Shown here: positions 56,791-64,000 of the stretch, piece after piece | How positions within the stretch are numbered: position 1 is the stretch's first letter | Layout: the number at the start of each line of letters is the position of its first letter | DNA from: Ottowia sp. | GTDB lineage: Bacteria > Pseudomonadota > Gammaproteobacteria > Burkholderiales > Burkholderiaceae_C | Assembly: GCA_023228705.1 (NCBI GenBank) | Contig: JALOAS010000004.1 | Coordinates: 1,042-65,041 of the forward strand | Reading direction: 5' to 3' | Length of the DNA: 64,000 bases | Position numbers and translations under genes: made by a program | The notes under the pieces: generated by a model | Database searches by the model: none | What the model saw: the letters and a program-made list of their open reading frames with translations, nothing else | Told to the model about the DNA's origin: nothing

Positions 56791-57424
56791 GGGTTTGGGT
56801 CTGGTCAACTGGGGCTCCGCGAAAGCCCGCGTACTTCTCCTCGCGCACCACGCGCGGCGTGACTTCGCGCGGGACGATGGTCACCGGCTGGTAAATCACC
56901 CGCTGGCGCTCGGCATCGTAGCGCATCTCGGTGTAGCCCGACAGCGGGAAGTCCTTGCGAAACGGATGACCGATGAAGCCGTAATCGGTCAGGATGCGAC
57001 GCAGGTCCGGATGGCCCTCGAAGACGATTCCGTACAGGTCAAAGGCCTCGCGCTCGAACCAGTTGGTTGCGGCCCAGACGTCGATCACCGACGGCAGCAG
57101 CGGAAACTCGTCGTCCGGGCAGAACACGCGCACGCGCAGCCGCTGGTTCAGGCGCACCGACAGCAGGTGCACCACCACCGCAAAGCGCCTGCCCTCCCAG
57201 GGCCGGTTCTTGTACGTGGAATAGTCGACGCCGCAGAGGTCTATGAGCGTGTCGAAGGCGCAGGACTCGTGGTCGTGCAGGATGCGCATGGCCGACAGGT
57301 AGTTTTCAGCCGCGACGGTCACCGTGACCTCTTCCAGCGCCACCTCCATGTACACGACCAGCTCGCCCAGCGCGCGGGCGACATGGTCCCGGAGCGCCTC
57401 GGGCGCAATTGCGTATCCAGCCAT
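56783..57424 (-). CDS. nuoC: NADH-quinone oxidoreductase subunit C
   Basis: Start at [11 protein letters not shown], directly after the nuoB stop, 213 aa. Confidence 0.9.
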   Translation of the reverse strand: MAGYAIAPEALRDHVARALGELVVYMEVALEEVTVTVAAENYLSAMRILHDHESCAFDTLIDLCGVDYSTYKNRPWEGRRFAVVVHLLSVRLNQRLRVRVFCPDDEFPLLPSVIDVWAATNWFEREAFDLYGIVFEGHPDLRRILTDYGFIGHPFRKDFPLSGYTEMRYDAERQRVIYQPVTIVPREVTPRVVREEKYAGFRGAPVDQTQTHG

Positions 57425-57425
57425 G

Positions 57426-57911
57426 TCAGGCCCTTGCAAAGGTATGGGTGCGCCGTACCTTCTGCTGCAGCTGGATGATGCCGTACAGCAGCGCTTCGGC
57501 CGTCGGCGGGCAGCCGGGCACATACACGTCGACGGGCACGATGCGGTCGCAGCCGCGCACCACCGAATAGCTGTAGTGGTAATAGCCGCCGCCATTGGCG
57601 CACGAGCCCATGGAGATGACCCAGCGCGGCTCGGCCATCTGGTCGTAGACGCGGCGCAGCGGCGGCGCCATCTTGTTGCACAGCGTGCCGGCAACGATCA
57701 TCAGGTCCGACTGGCGCGGGCTGGCACGGAACACTTCGGCGCCAAAGCGCGCTATGTCGTAGCGCGCGGCCGACGCATGCATCATCTCGACGGCGCAGCA
57801 GGCCAGGCCAAACGTGACCGGCCAGAACGAGCCGGTCTTGGCCCAGTTGATGGCCGCGTCCATGCCGGTCAGCATGAAGCCCTTTTGCGCCTGATAGGTC
57901 TTGTTCATCAA
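57426..57911 (-). CDS. nuoB: NADH-quinone oxidoreductase subunit B
   Basis: 161 aa with the N2-cluster motifs [10 protein letters not shown] and [12 protein letters not shown]. Confidence 0.95.
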   Translation of the reverse strand: MMNKTYQAQKGFMLTGMDAAINWAKTGSFWPVTFGLACCAVEMMHASAARYDIARFGAEVFRASPRQSDLMIVAGTLCNKMAPPLRRVYDQMAEPRWVISMGSCANGGGYYHYSYSVVRGCDRIVPVDVYVPGCPPTAEALLYGIIQLQQKVRRTHTFARA

Positions 57912-57941
57912 GTCAACTCCGGTGGAAGCCTTCTGGCCACC

Positions 57942-58301
57942 TTACTCCCAATTGAGAGCCCCTTTTTTCCACTCGTACACGAAGCCTATGACCAGGATGG
58001 TGAGGAAAATGAGCACGGCGACAAAGGCCGGGCCGCCCACTTCCTTCATGGTGACCGCCCAGGGAAACAGGAACGCGATCTCCAGATCGAAGATGATGAA
58101 GAGGATAGCCACGAGGTAGAAGCGCACGTCAATCTTCATGCGCGCGTCCTCGAACGCCTCGAACCCGCATTCATAGGGGGCGTTCTTGCCGGGGTCGGGC
58201 TTGTGCGGCTGCAGGAAGTCGCCGATCACCAGGCAGGCCACGCCCACGGCGAGCCCCACCAGGATGAACAGCAGCACGGGAAGATAGTCGGCCAGGATCA
58301 T
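57942..58301 (-). CDS. nuoA: NADH-quinone oxidoreductase subunit A
   Basis: 119 aa with 3 TM helices. First gene of the operon. Confidence 0.93.
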   Translation of the reverse strand: MILADYLPVLLFILVGLAVGVACLVIGDFLQPHKPDPGKNAPYECGFEAFEDARMKIDVRFYLVAILFIIFDLEIAFLFPWAVTMKEVGGPAFVAVLIFLTILVIGFVYEWKKGALNWE

Positions 58302-58363
58302 GACGGATTCGCGGTATCGGCAGCGATGCCGGGAGTTTCACGGCGCCCCGCGGGGCGCTTGTC

Positions 58364-58448
58364 TGGTGCCGTCGGCGAGACTCGAACTCGCACAGCTTTC
58401 GCCACTACCCCCTCAAGATAGCGTGTCTACCAGTTCCACCACGACGGC
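58364..58448 (-). tRNA. tRNA-Leu (anticodon GAG)
   Basis: Minus-strand sequence gccgtcgtggtggaactggtagacacgctatcttgagggggtagtggcgaaagctgtgcgagttcgagtctcgccgacggcacca. It has a 7-bp acceptor stem, a long variable arm, the T-loop GTTCGAGTC and an encoded CCA. Coordinates are anchored on ORF 58300..58821. Confidence 0.9.
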
Positions 58449-58571
58449 TTTGAGTGGCGCGCTCCGCAGCCCGACCGGGCCGGGGACCGCGCCGTTGGAA
58501 ACACTGAAGTTTACTAGGAAAACGCGAGGTTCCGACAAAAAAGGAGATCAAAGACCCAGCGAGGCCCTCCG

Positions 58572-59051
58572 CTATTCGCCCGGAATGGCATCGGCACCCG
58601 ACGCGGGCTCCTCGGACTCGGCGGATTCTGCCGCTGCGCCCGGCGCCGGCGCGCCGGCGTCACCGGCTGCGCTTTCATGCGCCGGAATCGCATCGGCCGC
58701 GCCATCGGCGGCAGGCGCCGCGGGCGGCGCCGGCACGGCAGCCTCGCCCGGCTTCTGCTGCAGCGTCACCGGCGCGCGCTCCAGGACACTGCCGCCAGAC
58801 GACGCGGACGGCGCGCTGTAGCCAAAGTATGCCAGCACCAGCGTCGTGGTCAGGAAGATGGTTGCCAGCACGGCCGTCGTGTGCGACAGGAAGGTGGCGC
58901 CGCCCGATGCGCTCAGCAGGCTGCCCGAGGCACCGCTGCCAAAGCCGGTGCCCATGTCCGCGCCCTGGCCATGCTGCACCAGGATCACGCCCACCAAGGC
59001 GAGCGCCGACACGATCTGCACGATCAGCGCCACGTTCAACAAGATATTCAT
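58572..59051 (-). CDS. secG: preprotein translocase subunit SecG with low-complexity C-terminal extension
   Basis: N-terminal MNILLNVALIVQIVSALALVGVILVQHGQGADMG is canonical SecG. The C-terminal half is Ala/Pro/Glu-rich. Confidence 0.88.
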   Translation of the reverse strand: MNILLNVALIVQIVSALALVGVILVQHGQGADMGTGFGSGASGSLLSASGGATFLSHTTAVLATIFLTTTLVLAYFGYSAPSASSGGSVLERAPVTLQQKPGEAAVPAPPAAPAADGAADAIPAHESAAGDAGAPAPGAAAESAESEEPASGADAIPGE

Positions 59052-59842
59052 TCAAGCTTCCCCATCGCGCCAGCGCCAGGCATTGCGCTCCGGCCTGCCG
59101 CTTCAACTATGTCCACAAAATCATCGGCCACCCGGGCCGCGCCGCCGACCAGGCCGCCATCTATGTCCGGCTGTGCGAGCAAGTCAGCCGCGTTGGCCGG
59201 ATTCATGCTGCCGCCGTAGACGATGCGCACGCGCTCCGCCGCCACGCCGCGCTGCGCCATTTGCTCGCGCAGCGCCGCATGGACCTGCTGCGCCTGCGCC
59301 GGACTGGCGGTCTGCCCCGTTCCTATGGCCCAGACCGGCTCGTACGCCAGCACCACCTCGGCCAGGCGCTGGCCCAGCGCCCGGGCCACCGCGTCCAGCT
59401 GATGCCCGAGGACCCAGTCGGTCCAGCCCGCGTCGCGCTGCTGCGCGGTTTCACCCAGGCAGACGATGGGCGTGAGGCCGGCGTCCAGCGCGCGCTGCGT
59501 CTTTTGCGCAACGGCCAGGTTGCTCTCGTGCTGGTGCTGGCGCCGCTCGCTGTGGCCAACGATGCAGTAGCGAACACCCAGCTCCCTGAGCATGGCGCCC
59601 GACACGTCGCCCGTGTATGCGCCGTCTGCCTCTGCCGCCACGTCCTGCGCCCCCAGCAGCAGCTGCGCCTGCCCCTGCAGGACCTCGGCCACCGCCGCCA
59701 CGTGCACCGGCGGCGGGCAGATCACGACATCGCAGGGCAGATGGCCCGGCAGCCGCTCCAGGACCTCGGCTGCCAGTGCCCGGTTGGCCGCGAGCGAGCC
59801 GGTCATCTTCCAGTTGCCGGCAACCAGCTTCCTGCGCGTCAC
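59048..59842 (-). CDS. tpiA: triosephosphate isomerase
   Basis: Contains MTRRKLVAGNWKMTGS, IVGHSERR, AYEPVWAIGTG and YGGS. Confidence 0.93.
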   Translation of the reverse strand: MTRRKLVAGNWKMTGSLAANRALAAEVLERLPGHLPCDVVICPPPVHVAAVAEVLQGQAQLLLGAQDVAAEADGAYTGDVSGAMLRELGVRYCIVGHSERRQHQHESNLAVAQKTQRALDAGLTPIVCLGETAQQRDAGWTDWVLGHQLDAVARALGQRLAEVVLAYEPVWAIGTGQTASPAQAQQVHAALREQMAQRGVAAERVRIVYGGSMNPANAADLLAQPDIDGGLVGGAARVADDFVDIVEAAGRSAMPGAGAMGKLE

Positions 59843-60858
59843 GCGGCGCCCCAGGTCAGGACGATCTTGCCGATGTGCCGGCTGCTTTCCATCAGCGCAT
59901 GCGCACGCGCGGCACCGCTGGGCAGACCCTCGCCAGGCTGCAGCGCATCAAAGGTCTGGTGGATCACCGGCCGCACCGTGCCGGCCTCAAGCCAGGGCCA
60001 GACCCGCTCGCGCAGCGCGCGGGCGATCGCGCCCTTGAACGCCACCGGGCGTGCGCGCAGCGTGGAACCCGTGATTATCAGGCGCCGGCGCATGACCAGC
60101 CCGGCGTTGAACTCGGCCCGGGCACCGCCCAGCAACGCGATGATGACCAGCCGGCCGTCCTCGGCCAGGAGCTCGACCTCGCGCTTGACGTAGTCACCTG
60201 CGACCATGTCCAGGACGACGTCGACGCCACGGCCGTCGGTGAGTTCGCGCACCGCCTCGGCAAAGTCGGCCTCCTTGTAGTTGATGGCATGGTCGGCACC
60301 AAGCGCCACACAGGCCGCGCACTTCGCTTCGCTGCCGGCAGTGGCGATGACCGTGGCACCAGCCGCCCTGGCCAGCTGGATCGCGGCCACGCCTATGCCG
60401 CTGGAGCCGCCCTGCACCAGCAGGGTTTCGCCCGGCTGCAGGCGCCCGCGGTCAAACACGTTGCTCCAGACCGTGAAGAACGTCTCGGGCAGCGCGGCCG
60501 CCTCGACGTCACTCAGTCCGGCCGGCACGGGCAGGCACTGCGCAACGGGTGCCACGCAGTATTCGGCGTAGCCGCCACCGGCCACCAGCGCGCAGACGCG
60601 GTCGCCCGGCGCCAGGCCCGCCTCGGCCATGGCCTGCGCATCACCATCGGCAATGCGCCCGGCCACCTCCAGCCCCGGCAGGTCCGAGGCACCGGGAGGC
60701 GGCGCGTAGTTGCCCTTGCGCTGGAAGACATCGGGCCGGTTGACGCCCGATGCCGCCACGGCGATCAGGACCTCGCCGGCGCCGGCCACCGGCCGCTCGC
60801 GCTGCGCCGGGACCAGGACCTGGGGGCCGCCAAACGCGTCAATGGCGATGCATTTCAT
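59839..60858 (-). CDS. qor: NAD(P)H:quinone oxidoreductase (zeta-crystallin/PIG3-type MDR)
   Basis: Start at MKCIAIDAFGGPQVL. Contains GVNRPDVFQRKGNYAPPPGASDLPGLEVAG and the nucleotide-binding motif GGSSGIG. Confidence 0.85.
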   Translation of the reverse strand: MKCIAIDAFGGPQVLVPAQRERPVAGAGEVLIAVAASGVNRPDVFQRKGNYAPPPGASDLPGLEVAGRIADGDAQAMAEAGLAPGDRVCALVAGGGYAEYCVAPVAQCLPVPAGLSDVEAAALPETFFTVWSNVFDRGRLQPGETLLVQGGSSGIGVAAIQLARAAGATVIATAGSEAKCAACVALGADHAINYKEADFAEAVRELTDGRGVDVVLDMVAGDYVKREVELLAEDGRLVIIALLGGARAEFNAGLVMRRRLIITGSTLRARPVAFKGAIARALRERVWPWLEAGTVRPVIHQTFDALQPGEGLPSGAARAHALMESSRHIGKIVLTWGAA

Positions 60859-60911
60859 GGCTTGTCCTTTGCATCTGGCGCCGCCGCCGGGCGACGCTTG
60901 CAGCGGGCGGG

Positions 60912-63086
60912 TCACTTGCCCGCCGATTCCTCTTCGCGCTGCCGACGCGACGATTCTTCGCCGCCGTTCTCGGTACGCACGGGCCGCTCCAGCAGCGCCT
61001 TCATCGACAGCTTGATGTGCCCCCGGTCGTCCGTGGCCAGCACCTTGACGCGAACCACCTGGCCTTCATGCAGGTAGTCGGTGACCTTGTCCACGTGCTC
61101 GTGTGCAATCTGGCTGATGTGCACCAGGCCATCCTTGCCGGGCAGCACGTTGACCAGCGCACCAAAGTCCAGGATCTTGGTGACCGCACCCTCGTACACT
61201 TCGCCCACCTCGGCTTCGGCGGTGATCTCGGCGATGCGCCGCTGCGCCTCCTCGGCCTTGTCGCCGTCGTTGCTGGCGATGGTGATGGTGCCGTCTTCGG
61301 CAATGTCTATGGTGGTGCCGGTCTCTTCGGTCAGCTGGCGGATCGTCGCGCCGCCCTTGCCGATCACGTCGCGGATCTTGTCCGGGTTGATCTTCATGGT
61401 GAACAGCCGCGGGGCGTAGCTGCTGATCTCGGTGTTGGCCTGGCTCATGGCCTCCTGCATCTTGCCCAGGATGTGCACGCGGCCTTCCCTGGCCTGCGCC
61501 AGCGCCACCTGCATGATCTCCTGCGTGATGCCCTGGATCTTGATGTCCATCTGCAGCGCGGTGATGCCGGCTGCGGTACCGGCCACCTTGAAGTCCATGT
61601 CACCCAGATGGTCCTCGTCGCCCAGGATGTCGGTCAGCACCGCAAAGCGGTTGCCGTCCTTGATCAGGCCCATGGCAATGCCGGCCACGTGTGCCTTGAC
61701 CGGAACGCCCGCGTCCATCAGCGACAGGCAGCCGCCGCAGACCGACGCCATGGACGAGGAGCCATTGGACTCGGTAATCTCCGAAACCACGCGGATCGTG
61801 TACGGAAATTCGTCGCGCCCGGGCATGACCGCGTGCAGCGCGCGCCGGGCCAGGTTGCCGTGGCCGCGCTCGCGGCGCTTGGTCGTGCCCAGGCGGCCGG
61901 CCTCGCCAGTGGCAAAGGGCGGCATGTTGTAGTGAAACAGGAAGTGGTCGTCGTAGTCGCCGGCCAGCGCGTCCATGTGCTGCGCATCCCGGTCCGTGCC
62001 CAGCGTGGTCAGCACCAGCGCCTGCGTCTCGCCGCGCGTGAACAGCGCCGAGCCGTGCGTGCGCGGCAGCACGCCGGTGCGGATTTCTATGGGTCGCACG
62101 GTGCGCGTGTCGCGGCCGTCTATGCGCGGCTCGCCGGCCAGGATCTGGCCCCGGACCAGCTGCCCTTCCTGCGCAAACAGGAGGTCGTCGACCTTGACCG
62201 GGTCAAATGCGATCCCGGCCTCGCCCAGCGCTTCCTTGACCTCGGCGTAGGCGGTGCGCAGCGCCTGCGTGCGCGCCTGCTTGGCACGCACCTGGTAGGC
62301 TGCCTTCAGCCTGGGCTCGGCCAGCGCGCTGACCTTTTGCGCCAGCTCGGCGTCCTCGGGCTCGGGCTGCCAGGAGCCGTCCTCGGACCACAGCGGCTTG
62401 CCCGCCTCGCTCACGAGCTCATGAATCGCTTCCAGGGCCACCTTGCTTTGCTCGTGGCCAAACATGACCGCACCCAGCATGACGTCCTCGCTCAGCTGGT
62501 CGGCCTCGGACTCGACCATGAGCACGGCACTCTCGGTGCCCGCCACAACCAGGTCCAGCTTGCTGTCCGCCATGGCGCTGCGCGCCGGGTTGAGGACATA
62601 CTGGCCGTTGATGTAGCCGACGCGCGCCGCGCCTATGGGGCCGTTGAACGGCAGGCCGCTGATGCTCAGCGCCGCGCTCACGCCCAGCATGGCGGCAATG
62701 TCCGCATCCACTTCCGGGTTCAGCGAGACGGTGTGGATGACCACGTGCACCTCGTTGTAGAAGCCGTCCGGGAACAGCGGGCGGATGGGCCGGTCGATCA
62801 GCCGCGAGGTGAGGATTTCCGATTCGCTGGGCCGCGCCTCGCGGCGGAAGAAGTTGCCCGGGATCTTGCCGGCGGCGTACGTCTTCTCGATGTAATCCAC
62901 CGTCAACGGGAAAAAGTCCTGGCCCGGCCTGGTCGTCGTGCTTGCCGCCACCGTGGCCAGCACCACGGTGCCTTCGATGTCGACGAGCACGGCGCCGTGG
63001 GCCTGGCGCGCGATCTCGCCCGTCTCCAGCGTCACCGTCCGCTCGCCCCACTGGAACGTCTTGGTTGTCTTGTTGAAAATGCTCAT
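60912..63086 (-). CDS. pnp: polyribonucleotide nucleotidyltransferase (PNPase)
   Basis: 724 aa with two RNase PH domains, a KH domain ([15 protein letters not shown]) and an S1 domain ([20 protein letters not shown]). Confidence 0.96.
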   Translation of the reverse strand: MSIFNKTTKTFQWGERTVTLETGEIARQAHGAVLVDIEGTVVLATVAASTTTRPGQDFFPLTVDYIEKTYAAGKIPGNFFRREARPSESEILTSRLIDRPIRPLFPDGFYNEVHVVIHTVSLNPEVDADIAAMLGVSAALSISGLPFNGPIGAARVGYINGQYVLNPARSAMADSKLDLVVAGTESAVLMVESEADQLSEDVMLGAVMFGHEQSKVALEAIHELVSEAGKPLWSEDGSWQPEPEDAELAQKVSALAEPRLKAAYQVRAKQARTQALRTAYAEVKEALGEAGIAFDPVKVDDLLFAQEGQLVRGQILAGEPRIDGRDTRTVRPIEIRTGVLPRTHGSALFTRGETQALVLTTLGTDRDAQHMDALAGDYDDHFLFHYNMPPFATGEAGRLGTTKRRERGHGNLARRALHAVMPGRDEFPYTIRVVSEITESNGSSSMASVCGGCLSLMDAGVPVKAHVAGIAMGLIKDGNRFAVLTDILGDEDHLGDMDFKVAGTAAGITALQMDIKIQGITQEIMQVALAQAREGRVHILGKMQEAMSQANTEISSYAPRLFTMKINPDKIRDVIGKGGATIRQLTEETGTTIDIAEDGTITIASNDGDKAEEAQRRIAEITAEAEVGEVYEGAVTKILDFGALVNVLPGKDGLVHISQIAHEHVDKVTDYLHEGQVVRVKVLATDDRGHIKLSMKALLERPVRTENGGEESSRRQREEESAGK

Positions 63087-63156
63087 GTTGTTTCCTTAAG
63101 GGCAGTGCCCGGGCACTGCATGCGCGTTGGTGGCTGCACTTTTGCCTCGCGGTGCC

Positions 63157-63197
63157 ATTCCGGAACCGGCCTGGCGCATCCATGCCGGTTCTGGAAT
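63157..63197 (-). promoter_or_regulatory. hairpin in the pnp 5' leader (candidate RNase III autoregulation stem)
   Basis: attccggaaccggc-N13-gccggttctggaat, a 14-bp stem with one G-U pair, about 70-110 nt upstream of the pnp ATG. The functional role is inferred from the E. coli rpsO-pnp paradigm. Confidence 0.45.
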
Positions 63198-63318
63198 GAC
63201 ACAGCGCCGCCTGCAATTCGCTGGCCCAACGCCTGGACACGGATGCCCGACAGAGGCATCCGCAAAAAAATAAATCCACGCCGGCCCCATGGCATCCGGG
63301 TCCGGCAACAGAAGATCA

Positions 63319-63344
63319 AGCCGCGCGCCGTGTTGCGCGCGGCT
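63319..63344 (-). terminator. rpsO terminator/attenuator hairpin
   Basis: Perfect 10-bp GC stem agccgcgcgc-N6-gcgcgcggct, about 80 nt downstream of the rpsO stop. It is followed on the minus strand by tgatcttctgtt. Confidence 0.6.
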
Positions 63345-63424
63345 GGCGCCACGCCAGACAGGGCACGCCGGCCATCGGCGCGCCCTGCACGATACCGAAC
63401 GCTGCGCGGCACGTGCCCACTGGC

Positions 63425-63691
63425 CTACTTGCGCAGGCCCAGCTTTTCGATCAGCGCGAGATAGCGGTCCGCGTTCTTGCGCCGCAGGTAATCGAGCAAC
63501 TTGCGACGACGGCTGACCATGCGCAGGAGACCGCGGCGGCCATGATGGTCCTTGCCGTGCTCCTTGAAATGGGGAATCAGCTGGTTGATCCGGGCGGTCA
63601 GGATGGCCACCTGGACTTCAGGGCTGCCCGTGTCGCCCGCAGCGCGCGCGTTTTCAGCAACGACCGCGGCCTTGGCTTCTTTGGAAATCAT
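63425..63691 (-). CDS. rpsO: 30S ribosomal protein S15
   Basis: 88 aa, [88 protein letters not shown]. The longer track ORF is an upstream read-through. Confidence 0.96.
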   Translation of the reverse strand: MISKEAKAAVVAENARAAGDTGSPEVQVAILTARINQLIPHFKEHGKDHHGRRGLLRMVSRRRKLLDYLRRKNADRYLALIEKLGLRK

Positions 63692-64000
63692 CAAAAATCC
63701 TTGGGTTGTTCCATATGGTTTTACTTGCGCAGCGCGCCGGAACTGAACACTGCGTGCGTCTTGCTCTGTGCAAAACCCTGCAATTATATTGGAAGAGAGC
63801 CCGGACAGGGCGGTAACTGCCGCGTTGCCGCAAATCCCGCCATGCGCCGGAGCGGCTGCAGCACGCGCAGAAAGCGGGGATCGCGGATCATGCGGCAGCA
63901 GCAAGCGGCGCAGCGGATTGAGCCATTGCGGGAAACTGTGCAAAAATGCCGCTGGACTGTTGGCCAGACAAGACATGGCGCTGCAATTCATGTGTACCGG

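Noticed and set aside
58302-58571. tRNA-Leu as an integration hotspot with an adjacent island.
   Set aside because: There is no integrase, no duplicated tRNA 3' end and no compositional shift on either side. The tpiA-secG-tRNA-Leu-nuoA order is the usual conserved arrangement.
63692-63991. Extension of the rpsO reading frame to a 188-aa protein (ORF 63425..63991).
   Set aside because: S15 is fully accounted for by the last 88 codons, starting at MISKEAK. The upstream part has no S15 similarity and contains a TATAAT-like -10 element (63783..63788, minus strand), consistent with a promoter and leader.

Overview
High-GC betaproteobacterial chromosome segment; gene content and synteny suggest Burkholderiales, probably Comamonadaceae (inference). 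Hand-counted 60-nt lines in the flanks are about 70% GC. Most of the window is core metabolism. It holds valS (3' end), galU, GTP-type pckG, a glycine-betaine-type ABC system with a fused binding-protein/permease, and the SOS mutagenesis cassette imuA-imuB-dnaE2 with a LexA box. Further on are a ClC channel, an MFS pump, an NhaP antiporter, ogt, zapB-like/zapA followed by 6S RNA, and malonyl-CoA decarboxylase next to a TRAP transporter. An acyl-CoA catabolic cluster follows (binding protein, ALDH, enoyl-CoA hydratase, family III CoA-transferase). The right half is the complete nuoA-N operon plus the conserved NUDIX/DUF1178 pair, then tRNA-Leu, secG, tpiA, qor, pnp and rpsO, almost all on the minus strand. 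I saw no transposase, integrase, CRISPR array or recognisable defence system. Six things are not explained by ordinary annotation. (1) A ~4 kb low-GC islet (about 13.3-17.4 kb) carries an acetoin-dehydrogenase-like E1 alpha/beta pair, a free-standing 76-aa lipoyl carrier and an AcoX-like ATP-NAD-kinase-family gene, with no E2 catalytic domain or E3. (2) A ~135-nt palindromic MITE-like element occurs twice (13.49 kb and 42.18 kb), and the second copy carries a nested 54-nt insertion. (3) A 17-nt motif (AACCTAGAWTCMGCAGT) occurs four times as two inverted pairs just upstream of two minus-strand genes. (4) A short relic of a 3-hydroxyisobutyrate-dehydrogenase gene lies next to one of those pairs. 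(5) An atypical 235-nt spacer with a possible 53-aa ORF sits between nuoK and nuoL. (6) There are several short tandem or palindromic sequences in long intergenic gaps. Coding coordinates are anchored on the supplied ORF track; start codons are my choices. Non-coding coordinates were read by eye and may be off by 1-2 nt.
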